Source: Raillietiella orientalis (lineage: Eukaryota). From it: a stretch of DNA of 64,000 nt. A program made the translations under genes and the position numbers. The stretch covers positions 1,426,001 to 1,490,000 of the forward strand of contig JAYWIR010000035.1 in the NCBI GenBank assembly GCA_036172245.1. The letters are read 5' to 3'. The notes beneath the pieces were generated by a model that was given only the letters and a program-made list of their open reading frames with translations, did not search any database and had not been told where the DNA came from. Below, one piece after another: positions 40,581-52,200 of the stretch (positions within the stretch are counted from its first letter, which is position 1; the number at the start of each line of letters is the position of its first letter).

Positions 40581-41599
40581 GAAGTCAAGGAGTAGAAGAG
40601 ATCAAAAAACGGAACAAAACAAGTGAGGTGTTTTTTTTTTTTTTTTTTTTAAATGCAATCCTGTGTGCTGTATGTTCCCCCCCCCCCCTTCCCCTTTAAA
40701 AAAAGAACATTCTAGGACATTTCCAGGGGAAACAATCTTCTGATGCTATTATTTCAAAAGCCGGAAAATGAGAAATGTGCAGAAACTTCTCTCCTTCCAA
40801 TTATACATTACCGTTCTTAATTTGTTTTTCTTAAGTATTTCATTCCGGAAAAGCGCTATTTTCGGGAAACGTGACAGTCCTCGCAGGCATACGTAAAGGA
40901 AGCACGTGATTTTTTGCTCCCGTAATCAGAGAGGAACGTTTGGAAAAGCCTTCAAAGATGCATAATTTTTATAGTCCCTTCCTTCCCCCCCCCCCCCCCC
41001 CCCGTTAGCAGAGGGCATCCTCCCAAGTTGCTTTCAAATCTGGAGAGCCACTCTGTCGGAAGTAGCAGCTACATTAGATGGGCGCACCCGTGATTTCCAG
41101 AACGTCAAGCAACGAGATATCAATTATCCGGCAGCATGCAGCCCAAGCGTGCGAGAGCAAAAATCTTCAGGAACGGGTTGCTCTCGAATCCGTGTAGCCG
41201 GTGTCAGGTTGTCAGTTTCCGATGCAAGCGGATTTGGGAAAGATGGGGGGCATGAAACGAAGAATTAAGGGGTCGATATTGACTTGCGAAAGGATGCGAT
41301 ACTCAGGATATAGGGAACTGAGGCAGAGAAAAACCTTTTCGCTGCGGACGGGCAGGCGAATCCCGGAAAAGCTTCAGCACAGTCGTGTCCCAGGAAGCAT
41401 CGCTTCCGCAGGCCACGACGCTGATTTGTGCGTCCCGTGGCATCGGCGAAGGGGTTTTGACCACCAGCGGTAGCATCGGCCATTCCAACCGTGTTCTTCC
41501 GGGGTTCCCCGGAACGTTTCCCGCCTCGCGTTTGAGGCGGGAGACGACTTCGTTAGGGCCGCGGGAGGAGCGCGCGGGGGTCAACGGGAAGCGAAGGAA

Positions 41600-42810
41600 C
41601 ACGTGCGTTGCGAGGCTGCGTAGCGCGCAGGGAGATTCCCAAACCTGGATCGCACGCGAAGTGACGGCGCCAGTCGGAAAAAAAGTCGTTGTTTCGTCGT
41701 GGCTCGTCGTTTCGAGCCACGGGTGTTTTCCTGAAGAAGTGGTTGAGAAACTTCCACGGTCCACCATCGGCCGTTTGTTCCTCATCACTTCATTGGCTGA
41801 TTCGGTATTGCCGGATGTGTGATGTCCGTTTTTCCCTTTCCGGTTGCTGGCGGCCATTGATTAAGCGGTAGTTTCCCGGGTGCACGCAACGTGGCGTCGC
41901 AGTACGCGATGGCGAGCGATCTGGGGTTTCTTCCGCTTTCGTTTCCAACCTCACTGCGGGTTTCGTGGTTTTGCAAACACTACTCGTGGCCAACCGAATC
42001 GTGGCTAGCGCACTCATCCTTCGCCCCAACAGCGACGCACCAACGTTGCCAACCGACCGACGCCATCCCCGAAAACGGGACGTTTCCCTCCACCACTCGG
42101 TGTGGATGGGCAAGCCGCTGTGGCGTTGCATTTTTCTTCTTTTTATTTTTGATATTCTGCCACTGTTTTTTCATCGAACTGCAGTCCATCCACACGATGA
42201 TCGCTTCGTTCATCTTCAAACGTCTTCGTCGCACGCGGCTCACAGCTTCCTTTCCGATGATCCGGATAGGAGGGAGCTTTCGCAGTGTTACACGCACACC
42301 GCTTGTCTGCCCTCTCCAGGCGGCAGAGTCCCCTTACCCCCCTGCCTCCGGGATTCGATGCTTGTCTACAGGTGCGAAGGGAACGCGTTAGAAAATCCTC
42401 CTCTTCCTCCTCTGCTGAGGTGCCAGCAGACCTTCCGAAACATCCGAAGAATCCCAGCAACAATCTGGCTCGGAAAGCAGCAAAGAAAAGAACCGCTACC
42501 CATCTCGATGGCCCCCACTCAATGGGGGCGGTTGCGTCCACCTCAGGGAACCAAGAGCGAAACTGGTGCCAGAAATCCCTCCCCACAGGCGATGCGCTCT
42601 TACAGACGTGGACCTGAATGATGCAGTCATTCAAGAAGGGACGATCAAAGTCATAGCGAGCCGAGCTTTCCTTGCTGGCTGACATGGGGATGGGTAAGAG
42701 GAGGTGGAGGAGTCTGGCTCTTTCCTGGATGTGTGGACCATCGCGCGTGTGAATGGTCACATCCGCGAGGACCTGCCGGCGGGGACGTGGCCTGGCGCTC
42801 TTCCTCCTCC
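41600..42810 (-). pseudogene. IR pseudogene
   Basis: MVHTSRKEPD, RYDFDRPFLND (cf. VDFS.PFL.D), DFWHQFRSWFPEV, hydrophobic M1, LPPIRII, RVVEGNVPF (cf. RV.EG.YAF), LAIA, GLGISL. Confidence 0.62.
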
Positions 42811-44376
42811 CTTCTTTCTCCTCCTCCTCCTCCTCCTGCGCCTGCCTCTGCTCCTCCCTCCTAATCCTATGGCGCTCCTGAGGTCGGGAAACGAATCGGT
42901 GCTGCGAGACGAAACGATGCCTGGCAACCCTGGGGATACTCTCGCAGCGGAAATGCTCTTTGGCCGGAAACTTTGAAGGTGTTCACGTCTCTCCCCCCCG
43001 TCTTCCTCCCGTTGCCCCCTTTTCCCCTGCTTTTCTCCATCGCCCCCAGCCACCGCAGGGACGCCGAACCCCTCTTGGGAGTCGTTGGGGGCCGGCCCAT
43101 GATGGCCTCTTCCGAGGAAAAGCTGGACGGATGGGAGGGGGCTGTCTCGCGCGACGGCAGGCGTCCGGGAGGTGGTTGTTCCTTTCCCCCGGACGGGGAC
43201 GACCACCTGCCCCTCCATGGGGCTCTCGCCGCTGCCCGTTCCGGTGTTCCTGGAGCCGCTACCGCGTCTTGGGTCTACCTGCGGCCGTCGCAGTGGCGGC
43301 AAGGACTCGCGTTTCCACCCCCCCCCCCCTTCCCCTCTCCTCCAGGCGACGGATCGGAAAGCGCCGGAGCGTATTTCTTGTCGCGGGACCATCCGAAGGG
43401 CAAGAGGGGAGAGAAGGTTTCCGGGTCGCTCCTCGGCAAGGACAGGCAAAGGGGCGGAAGGATGAGGCGGGAGGGCTCTTCGACGGGACGAGCGCGTCCT
43501 CTCCGGGACTCGGGGAGAGGCGACTTTGGAAGGGCCAAGGGACCGAGACGAGGGGGGAGACCGGACGTTCCTGGCGAACGTCGTCTAGAGGAGGGGGGGG
43601 GGGGGAAGGCGGCGCTCCTTCCGCGCGCAGACGCGCGCGTACGCGCTTGGAGAGCTAAAGCGGTCGAGGAGCGGCGTCAGGAAAGACCAGAGGGCAGGTC
43701 CGAAAGTGGGCGGTAAGTAGTGGAGGAAGGAAGAGGGGGAGGGCACCGCGCGTCGACTCGAGGCGACTCGATCCTACCTCCCGCAGGGGCGTTCCCGCGG
43801 TTCAGGCGGGAGGAGCAAGGCGAATGCGCATAGGCCGGCGCGGCAGGGTCAGGTTCGGCGCTTTCCCACCCGCGGTGGTCTCCTCGCCGAGCGCCTCCGC
43901 GACTCACGCGGCTCTCGGATGTCTCCCGGATGCGCACCCCCTTCATTCGAGGTGGGAAGCGGCGCACCCGCCGAATGGGAGAAGGGAGAGCAGAATCTCC
44001 TCCTGGTCCGCCACCGCTTCCGCCTGCCTCTTCCCCGCGTCTCGGGTTGCCGCGCTCCGTTCCTCCCGGCGCTTCCCTGGTTCCACTGCCAAGAAAAAAA
44101 AAAGTGCAGTTCTCTCCGTTCCCTTCCCCGTCGCGTCCCGCCTCCTGAATGTTGCAGAAGGGTCGGGAGCAGATGGGATCGAGACTGTGCCCGCCGTCCT
44201 CCCCCTCCCATCCGACAGCAGGAAGGGGGGGGAGGGGAGGAACGAGACGATCGAAACGGGATGAAAGACAAATGGATCAGCGAGAGAAGGAGGAGGAGGA
44301 CGTGTAGACCATCGTACACGTAAACGGCCGCACCCGCGAGGACCTGCCAGCAGGGACGTGGCCTGGCGCTCTTCCT
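42727..44376 (+). repeat. 79-nt direct repeat pair (42727-42805 and 44298-44376)
   Basis: Ungapped alignment with 13 mismatches, all transitions. Confidence 0.9.
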
Positions 44377-44500
44377 TTGCGTCCCGAGCGGGCGCGACCT
44401 GGTGTCAAAGACGGGGTAAGAAGGCAGGTGGCGCTTCCGGGCCGCCCTGAATAGGTTCATTGTGAGGGACACGCTGCCCTCCCTCCCTTGTGCGTTCCCT
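43040..44500 (-). pseudogene. GC-rich IR pseudogene, paralog of 41600-42810
   Basis: Shares a 79-nt S1 segment with the neighbouring unit; SRPFCN, GW..PAYAHS..RL..RIES, ETFSPLLPFGW..K, PNDSQEGFGV..AG. Confidence 0.48.
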
Positions 44501-45099
44501 GTTTCCGTCGGTGCGCCATTCCCTCCCGTCGCTATATGTGCCTGCAAAAGAAGGGGGTGGTGCGTGGGATGAAGACGAGGAGAAAGGAAAGACGGAGACA
44601 CAGCAGTGACGGTAGCGGCATCGCCCCTGGCCTTCCAGGCAGGTGAGAGGTCGTGATGGAAGCCAGCCACTTTGGAGGTTCGCCAGTGGCGCTGTGGTCG
44701 CTTCTGCGTGCCCTCGGAGCCAAATCACCCGTCCGTGTCGCCTGCGCATGCGGTAAGGAGGCGGAAGGGGAACGACGCTGCCGAAAAAGGGCAGAACGGC
44801 CCCTAGGAGGAGGTCGAAGGTCAGGGGCTGCGCGGCGGACGGCCGTTTCGCCACTCCGAGTCGGAGACGGCTGGCACCCCTGCCGGCGGGAAGCGGGAAG
44901 TGGAGCAGCCGGAGTGCCTCGGGGAGGAGATACGCGGGTCGTTCGCGCAGCAGGGCACATCCTGGACTCTCCGTGGTGGCCCTTCCTCGTGTGCTGTGTC
45001 GCCACAGGAGGGGACAGGGGGAATGAGGGTCTCCGTGGAGCTCTTCTCCCTAGGTGCAGATTCGGCCCCAAGCGAGGCCTCCGGTTCCGTCTTCCCGGA

Positions 45100-47000
45100 G
45101 GTCTTCGCGGCCGCGTACCCCGCGGGGGCGAACAGGGTCAGAACAGACATGACCGGGGGCACCACCAGCGAGGGGGAGAATCTCCGTGTCGCGGGGTCTC
45201 CTTCGCTTCCGCGCTCCCCCTTCTGTGGGTTTTCGGCCGCCACCGCCCGGCGAAGCGATGCGGCCGGGAAGGGGGGGGCTCCCGGGCCCAGAGCCAACGT
45301 TGTCCAGCAACTCCATTCGGCCCGGGGGAAACGGGAAGGCAGGAGGAATAGGGAACGACATCGGCACGCTCTCGGGTCGCTCTTTAGGGATGCCGATCTC
45401 TCCCACGCCCCCACCGGGAGAGGTGGCCCTCTTTCAACTCCCGGTCACGTGGCCGGCAATCAGCGAATGGGAAGAGGAGGGGAGAAGCGAAACGAAGAGG
45501 AGCAGGAAGGGGGACCAGGGAGGAAATGGAAAAGAGGAAGAGCAGGAGGAGGAGGAAGGGCAATTGCCGTTTCAGACTGCTGGGGGAACTCTGGAGAGGG
45601 GAGGAAAGCAGCCGTCTCCCAGTGGACTGTCCATCGAGGAGTGCGAGGGAAAGTCGGACGAGAACCGGCGGAGGAATACCCCTCCATCTCCCTGCCTCCA
45701 ATCACCTTCTCAGGGATCCTCTCTCATCACAACAGCGGAGCCTTCGGGGCGGAATGAGCCTCTAGGATCGTCATCCTGGAGGACCAAGGCTAGGGGGGGA
45801 GAGGGGGGCGCGGCTCGCGCTTCCTGCCGGGAGTGCTGGAGGGAGGGAGGTGCGTTTCCGAGCGTCCGGGAAGAGCGCCCGCATTCCCCTTTGGGCCTGG
45901 GACGTAGTCATCCGCCCATCTCACCTCCTGAGCGACCTGCTCCTCCCTGCCGTTGAAGGGGGAGTCTCCTCGGTCTGTAGAAGCGCTTAGCCCCCTCCCC
46001 CCTTCTTACACCGTGCCCCTCCCCTCCTCTCCTTCCCTCTGTTCCTCCCTGCCTCCTTCCAAGGAGGAAAAATGCCCTACCCTTGTCCCCGGACGGCCCC
46101 GCTCTGGACGTCCCCGCCCTCCTCCTCCTCACACCACACCAGCGCTGCGCTTCTCCCTCCCCTTGCCGTTGTTTCTCCGGAGGCCACTTCCGGTAAGAGA
46201 GGTCTCCCTTTTCCGTTCCGGCGGTATCACGAGAGGGAAACGAGAGAGGCGCTCGCAAAGGCGGTGGGGGATGCTTCTCCCGACCGCCTACTCACGGTGG
46301 TGCCCGCGAAGGTGGGACCGCTTCCGGAGCTCTTGGGGAGGGCCCCTTACTGAAGAAAACGCTGTGCCCCCTCGCCATCGATCTGTTTGCTTGCAAGTGA
46401 AAGAGTGCGTCAGGTGGGGGTGGGAGCGATTCTTCGTGCTCGCTGCTGCTTGCTCTCCAGCTGACTCCGCGTGAGCCTCCCTGCTGCTGCTCCTGAGCTC
46501 TTCCGACCTCTTCTGTGCTTCGCCTTCCCCCCTCTCCCCTTGCGGATGCTGCTTTTCGTGACTCTGCCCGCTTCCTCTTCCACTTTCGGCTTCGTCTCGC
46601 TGACCAGCTGACCGCTCCTGCAAGAGGAGGCGGTCTTGGGTTCGCCCGAGGCAGCCCCAAGGCGAAGTCGAGCCAAAGCTCCATCTCTTCCCGAGTTCCC
46701 CACCATCAGAAGTCCCGTTCGCGAACCCTGGCAACCCTGTAGGTCGAAACAAAACGCCGCAGTTTTCGAGGGGACGCTGCCCCCTCTTCCCCCCTTCCCT
46801 TCCGTTGCCAGCGGGGTGCAGTTCCGGGTGCCACCCTCCCATTGCCGTGGCGCGCTCCGTGGTACCCGACTGGCTCGCCCTCTCCGGTACACCGCTCCCT
46901 CCGTGCGCGCCTCGGACGGTTTCTTCCCAGCGTCCTTCCCCGAGCGTTCCCGGAGAGGCTTCTGCCTCGCTGCACCTCGAGATCGGACTGCGGGTACGCA
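45100..47000 (-). pseudogene. GC-rich IR pseudogene
   Basis: KLRRFVSTY, ANGTSDGGELG (cf. NGTW.G.LG), LDFALG, GRSSRTLG, TLALGPGAP..LRR (S2 end), LFAPAGY. Confidence 0.42.
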
Positions 47001-48169
47001 CTGTCCGCTCGCTGCGGGCGGTGCTTCCCTCCCGTCGCCAGGGAGCCCCGGCGCCTTGGGTCCCGGGACTGGCGCCTCTTCCACCAGCACCTTCCTCCCC
47101 CCTCTCTGTGCGGGGAAGCTGATACTGCTCTCCGCACCTAGCGGGCCCATCATCCCTCCAGGCTCCCTTCGGCCGAACGGCCGCTTCGCTTCAGGACTCT
47201 CCCGCGAGCGCTACACGGCGCCTCTTCTCGGCCGGGTGGCAGCCACCGCTCGCCCTGTGACTTCGCTCTGCCGCTCGAACCCACCCCGCACGGGTTCCGG
47301 GTCCCGTCCTCCTGCCCTCCTCCCCCCTTCCCTCCGGAAACGTGGCCCGTTGCCACCTTCCTTCCGACTCGGTTCCTGCCATCGAGGCGGTGGCAACCGC
47401 GGTGGAGGCCGGTTTCGGCGCGACTTCCTCTGAGTTCCAGGAGCCTGTGGGGAGGACCACCTCGGGAACTCGGAGGAGGTCCCACCCCCCACTCTTTCCC
47501 CTCCAGGCGTTCCCCTCCCTTCGGCTAGCGAGCGACGCGAGTGATGCTCCAGCGATCTGTCCGTCCACTCACCAGCATCCTCCACGCTTCCCGACGACGA
47601 TCGTCTCGGGACAAACATCGACTTCCTGCTCACCCATCGGCGGCATCGCGGGCCCCCGCGGAAACCAAGCTGCGGCCCCCGGGACCCCACCCCGCTCTCC
47701 GCCCCACGGCGGCAGAGGACGGGAGGGGGAACGTAGACGGGGACGGCCGCCGGGCACGCTGCTCCCGGGAGCGCTGCGGGTGCCTGCACTCCGTGCCCGT
47801 GGTTCCTCGCCCGGGCAGGCCAACTGGTTCTCGAGGAGCGCAGAGTGGCGATTGGTGAAGGACAGGGAAGTTTCCGCCGCCGCTCCGCGGGAGGCGCCAG
47901 GACAGGGATGTGTGGTTTTCCGCTCCCTGCAGTGAGCGCGCAGGCAGCGAGGGATGTGGGAACGCGTCCGCTTCTCCAAGAGTTCTCACGGGTAGGAAAG
48001 CTTCCTCCCGAGCATCGGGAGCGCGCTCGCAGGTGACGTCATCGGGTCGACGTGGTAAACCGAACGGTGGGCTTGTACTTGGTCGCGCGCGCGCGGATCG
48101 GCTTTTCCAAAGAGAGAGAGAGAGAGGGGAGGGGAGATTGACATCCGGTCACGTCGGGACGTTTATTTA

Positions 48170-49040
48170 TTAAAAATAAAACCTGGACGTCAGTGGCAGG
48201 ATGCGTGATCCTGCCACGTTACAAAAGGTACCGAAAGAACCTGCCGAGAACCGGCGCGCAAGCCAACTAGGTTCGCCACGGCAGCCCAGGGGAAGGAGAG
48301 ACAAGCCAAAAGAAAAAATAAAACAAAAAAAGTACAAAAAATTGGGGAGGGGGAGTTGGGGAAAGGATCACTATGCGCTGGGGGATGTCCTCTGCATCCT
48401 TGTAAGGATGCCGGCAATCCTGTCTCAAGACTCCCAGATGGGGCCATCTTGACGCGCTATCCTCATGAAGAGGACAGCAAAGTGGATGGCGTCCCTGTCT
48501 TCGTGGCCTCCTCTGGCGTTGCTCCATGCAGCCATCACGGTCCCGCCGCGTGGGCAGCACAGTGCTGCTAGGGATGCGGCCGGCGTGAGGGCGTCGCGCG
48601 AGAATAAGCACTTTAAAAGGCCACTGGCGTTGCTGCCGGAGGTTCAAAGGGTCGCATCAAAGAGATCCCACAGGGGACGGAGGGCAACACACTCTATCAG
48701 CAGATGCGGGAGGTACTCTCTTTCGCCGCACCTGCAGCAGTTCGGGCTCACTTCCTTTCCCGGGTCCAATGGTGTCGGCAGGCCCCAGTACAACAGCAGG
48801 GCCGCCGATCCCTGCCATTTTAGGAGGAAGGTAGCACTGTTCCAACACTCTGAGGACCACCCTATCTCCTCCGGAGGAATTTGTAGCACCTCACCCCCTA
48901 GCGTAGCAGTTCTTTTGTTGGGACACTCGGGGTCGCGGCGTCTGCCATCTCCCGAGTTGTCCACTCACCCAGATCCCAGATGTTTTTTCCTGCTCCCTGT
49001 CACTCAAGTCACTCCCCACCTCTCTGGCATTGCTCCCCTT
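48170..49040 (-). mobile_element. 5'-truncated L1/Tx1-like non-LTR retrotransposon relic (zf-RVT end and 3' UTR)
   Basis: Minus-strand ORF 48644-48964 contains WGLPT...PNCCRCGEREYLPHLLIECVALRPLW, the C-x2-C...H-x4-C zf-RVT knuckle of L1-clade ORF2. Nucleotide homology to 25640-26150. Confidence 0.75.
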
Positions 49041-49583
49041 AGGGAGGGCAGAGGAGAGAGAGGGGGAAAGGAGCGCGAGCTGAGCCCTCCTCGTTGAGAT
49101 CAGCAGCATCTCCCGAGGACGGCCCGAGGCACACGCACGTCCCCGCTTCCCCGCACCCTTGCACCTTTCCGCTTTCCGCCGCGAGGGATGCCGCCGACCG
49201 GCAACCGCGGCCGGAAACTCGGCATACACACACCAGTTCTGGCGGTGGCGGCGGGGCGGAGCAAGGGTGGAGGCGGAGGGGGGGAAGCTTCCGTTCCGCC
49301 ACCTGCACAGAACTAGAATTTCTTCTCGCCCTCCACGTGAACGCCTCCCACCTCTCTTGTGTTCCAGGAAAGTTTCGCGGCACGCGACCCACCTTGGGAC
49401 GGGGAGGCCGCCCCATGGATCCGATTTATGAATAGCAAGGGGCTGCACCTCTCTCTCGCCGAAGAAGCAACCGTCTGGAAGCTGAGCTTCCTGCCCTCGG
49501 TCATCAAGCGATGGGATGACGATTGCAGAAGCCGAGGACTCACGCCCAAGACCCTCCTGCTCATATCTCTCGCGCGGCACCTG

Positions 49584-50022
49584 ATGGAGAGCCGCCTTCC
49601 TCCGCACAGGCGCGGCAGGGGGAGGTCGTGCTCCACCAGCGCCAGAGAGGTGCTCCGCAAGCTGCTGCGGTTCACCTTCACCAACGTGGGCATCGTCGGC
49701 CTCATTCTGAGCTACGCCGTAATGGGCGCCCACGTCTTCATCTACCTGGAGAAGGAGGCGAGCGACACCCGCGCGTCCGCCGCAGCGGAGTCGTCGAGGC
49801 ACCTGGAGGACGCGGTGGAGAGCCTCTGGAACATCACCTACAGCCTGAACATCCTCTACAAGGAGAACTGGACCAACCTGGTCGACAGAGAGATCCTCCA
49901 GTATCAGAGGCAGATCCTCGGCTCCGCCCTCCGCCAGACGGAGACACTGTCCGCTTCTCACCAGAACCTGTGGTCCTTTCCTGGAGGAATACTCTACTCC
50001 CTGACGGTCATCACCACAATAG
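49584..50022 (+). CDS. Two-pore-domain potassium channel (K2P, TWiK/KCNK18-like), coding exon 1; start codon uncertain (in-frame ATGs at 49428 and 49584)
   Basis: Translation shows K2P M1 (FTNVGIVGLILSYAVMGAHVFIYLE), the cap region (LWNITYSLNILYKENW) and pore helix 1 (WSFPGGILYSLTVITTIG). It ends at ATA G|GTAAAG, donor GT at 50023-50024. No stops or frameshifts. Confidence 0.93.
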
Positions 50023-50125
50023 GTAAAGCGTGAGAAGTCGAGGGTGGGAGGGTAGGAGCGAGGCTGGGAGGGTCGCGTGGACAGCACGCGGTCGAACGGC
50101 ATGTCCGACGCCTCCGAGAAGTTCA

Positions 50126-51470
50126 CGTATTTTCACTGGTGTCCGTCGCCAGGGCATCGCCAGGCCCGCCCTCTCACGACCGGGCGCCTATTCTCGCGTG
50201 ACGTCCTCACGCGCGGTGGCCGAGGTGGCGGCACGTCCCTTCAGCCTTCCCACCTCCCTCTCTCTTTTCTTTCCTCCCCTTCACCTTCTCCCCGTCCTCA
50301 TCCTTCGAGAGCACGAAGAGGCTCGAGAGAGAGGGAGAGGAGGGGGATAAGGGTGCGCGAACCACGGGACGCTCCGAGGTCAGGATTCGACGGGATGCGG
50401 CCTATGCAGATCTTCCTTTCGGACGCCGCTCCATGGTAACGAGCCTGCCTCCGGAAACTCGCTTCTTGGAGCCGGTGCGGGATCGAAGGAGAGCATCTTT
50501 GGGTCCTGCGCGAAAAGGAGCGAACTTCCCCTCTCTGCCTCATCTCCTTCTCCTGCTCCTCTTCCCAGGGATAGAAGGAAGTCCAGGGGAAAGGGGAAGT
50601 CCACGAAAAGAGCGCCGTATAGGGGGGGGACGGGAGGCTGCTGCTGGTCCACTGCCATGGACGGAAAGAGCAGACACGACCGGCGGCTGGTACACAGACT
50701 CCTTGGAGATGAGCAAGGGAGTCATCCACTCCGCTCGAGACGCCACGGATCCGTGCATAAACGGGCTAAATATAGGAACCGGGATGCAGATCCAAAATAA
50801 GACAATTAGCATTCGCTGGCTCCCGGCTTTCGGGGGTCCAGGAGCCGAGAAGCTCCTGCCGCTGAGGAGGTTTCAGACTGGGACGCGAGGGTCCCTGCTT
50901 TTGCGCGCGCTCCGCCATTCGTCAGGACCCACCACCACCACCACCACTCCGAGCAGCCTGGATAATCTTCGGATAACCGGTCTTGGGTTTTTGAAGGATG
51001 AGGAGATGCCGATGGGGGGGGAACAGCGGTAGACAGGAAAGGCTGATGAAAGCAGAGAGCCACGCTCTCCCGCCCTCCCCGCGCGCAACGGGTGACCGGC
51101 TCCCCGCTCGTCTCGGAGATTCTCATGAAAAGCATGCAGGGAAAGAAGAAGAGGAGGCGCGTTAAGAGCGACGATAAACGCAAGGGATCGCTCGAAAGAG
51201 GAACTCCCAAAAGTTTCGCGCGCCGGCGAAGAGCGGAAAAGAAGTCAGGTCAGATCCAAGCAAAAGCTTGAGGGCTTAAGTGCAGTCGCGACGGTGACGC
51301 AGACTCGGCTGCCGCCCAGTCCGGGAGGAAACTCCCGCCCGCCGCGTGAGCGTCTTCCGCGATCTCTGGCAACCGACGGCTTCGGGCAAGGCTGGGCCCC
51401 CTAGGAGATCGCGTATTCGCACTGGTGCTCCGTCGCCAGGGCATCTCTAGGCCCGCCCTCTCACGACCGG
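50126..51470 (+). repeat. ~58-nt direct repeat pair (50126-50183 and 51412-51470)
   Basis: cgtatt..cactggtg(c)tccgtcgccagggcatc.c.aggcccgccctctcacgaccgg; 4 mismatches and 1 gap. Confidence 0.9.
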
Positions 51471-52200
51471 ATCGCTCACCCAGGGACCGCTTTTCCACCC
51501 GGGGACGTCGGCGCACCGAGAGGAGGTGGGCTGTCGGGCCCGGTGCGGGAGAGAAAGGGAATCCGATGTGGTTTCCTTGGTACCGAATGAAGGAGCATTG
51601 TCCGGCGCTCTTCCTCGAGCTCCGGGAACCACAAGTGTGGAACAGCCGGTTGTAAAGAACAGGCAGCCACACACGGGAAGTTTGCCGTAAAGCAGGAGAG
51701 CCCACGCTGGTGTCCGAGTGACGTTGCATGCGGCACTCGGCCACCCGAGTTCGAATCCCCCCGCGAAGGATCGACGCCGAGAACTTCGCCGGTGCTGACT
51801 CCGAGAATGGGAGGGGGAGGTGCGCGTCGTGAGTTTCGGGTTGTCTCCTCCCTCCCCCTTCCTTCTCCGCGGATATTTCTTCATGGTGCTGGCTGATCCA
51901 TGCGCTTCGGGTACGCAACACCGGAGGAACGCGCGTGCTTGCTGGAAACCGTCCGCCCCCGTCGACTGGCCTCCTGGACCGGAAGATGACGCTCCGGAGT
52001 CTTCCCAGGAATCATGGAGGACCCTCCGTTGCGTTCCATGGAACCGGCTTACTCTTCTCGGGGCACTCCTCTCCTGAGTGTCCAAGCGTGCTCTGCTCCT
52101 TCCGGAGAGGGGGTCTGGAGTGGAAAGTCCGAGTGGCGCCAGTCGTGAAAGCGACCCGGTGGCTCGAGCGTGTCCTGTCACATTTCATTCTGCGCTTCGT
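50650..52200 (-). pseudogene. IR pseudogene nested antisense in the K2P intron
   Basis: ALRQ..RYQGNHIGF..P (M2), VVRGRA.RC, PVIRRL..LG (S2 end), SLAHLQGVCVPAAG (cf. LTLEHLQGAF.IL..G). Confidence 0.55.

Noticed and set aside
42700..48000. Many overlapping 200-290 aa ORFs on both strands
   Set aside because: G/A/R/P-rich products expected from stop-codon scarcity at very high GC; no coherent protein apart from IR motif remnants.
48891..50126. 411-aa minus-strand ORF
   Set aside because: Antisense shadow of the GC-rich K2P exon; no recognisable domain.
51748..51762. tRNA gene from B-box-like GAGTTCGAATCC
   Set aside because: No A box or cloverleaf; lies within an IR relic.
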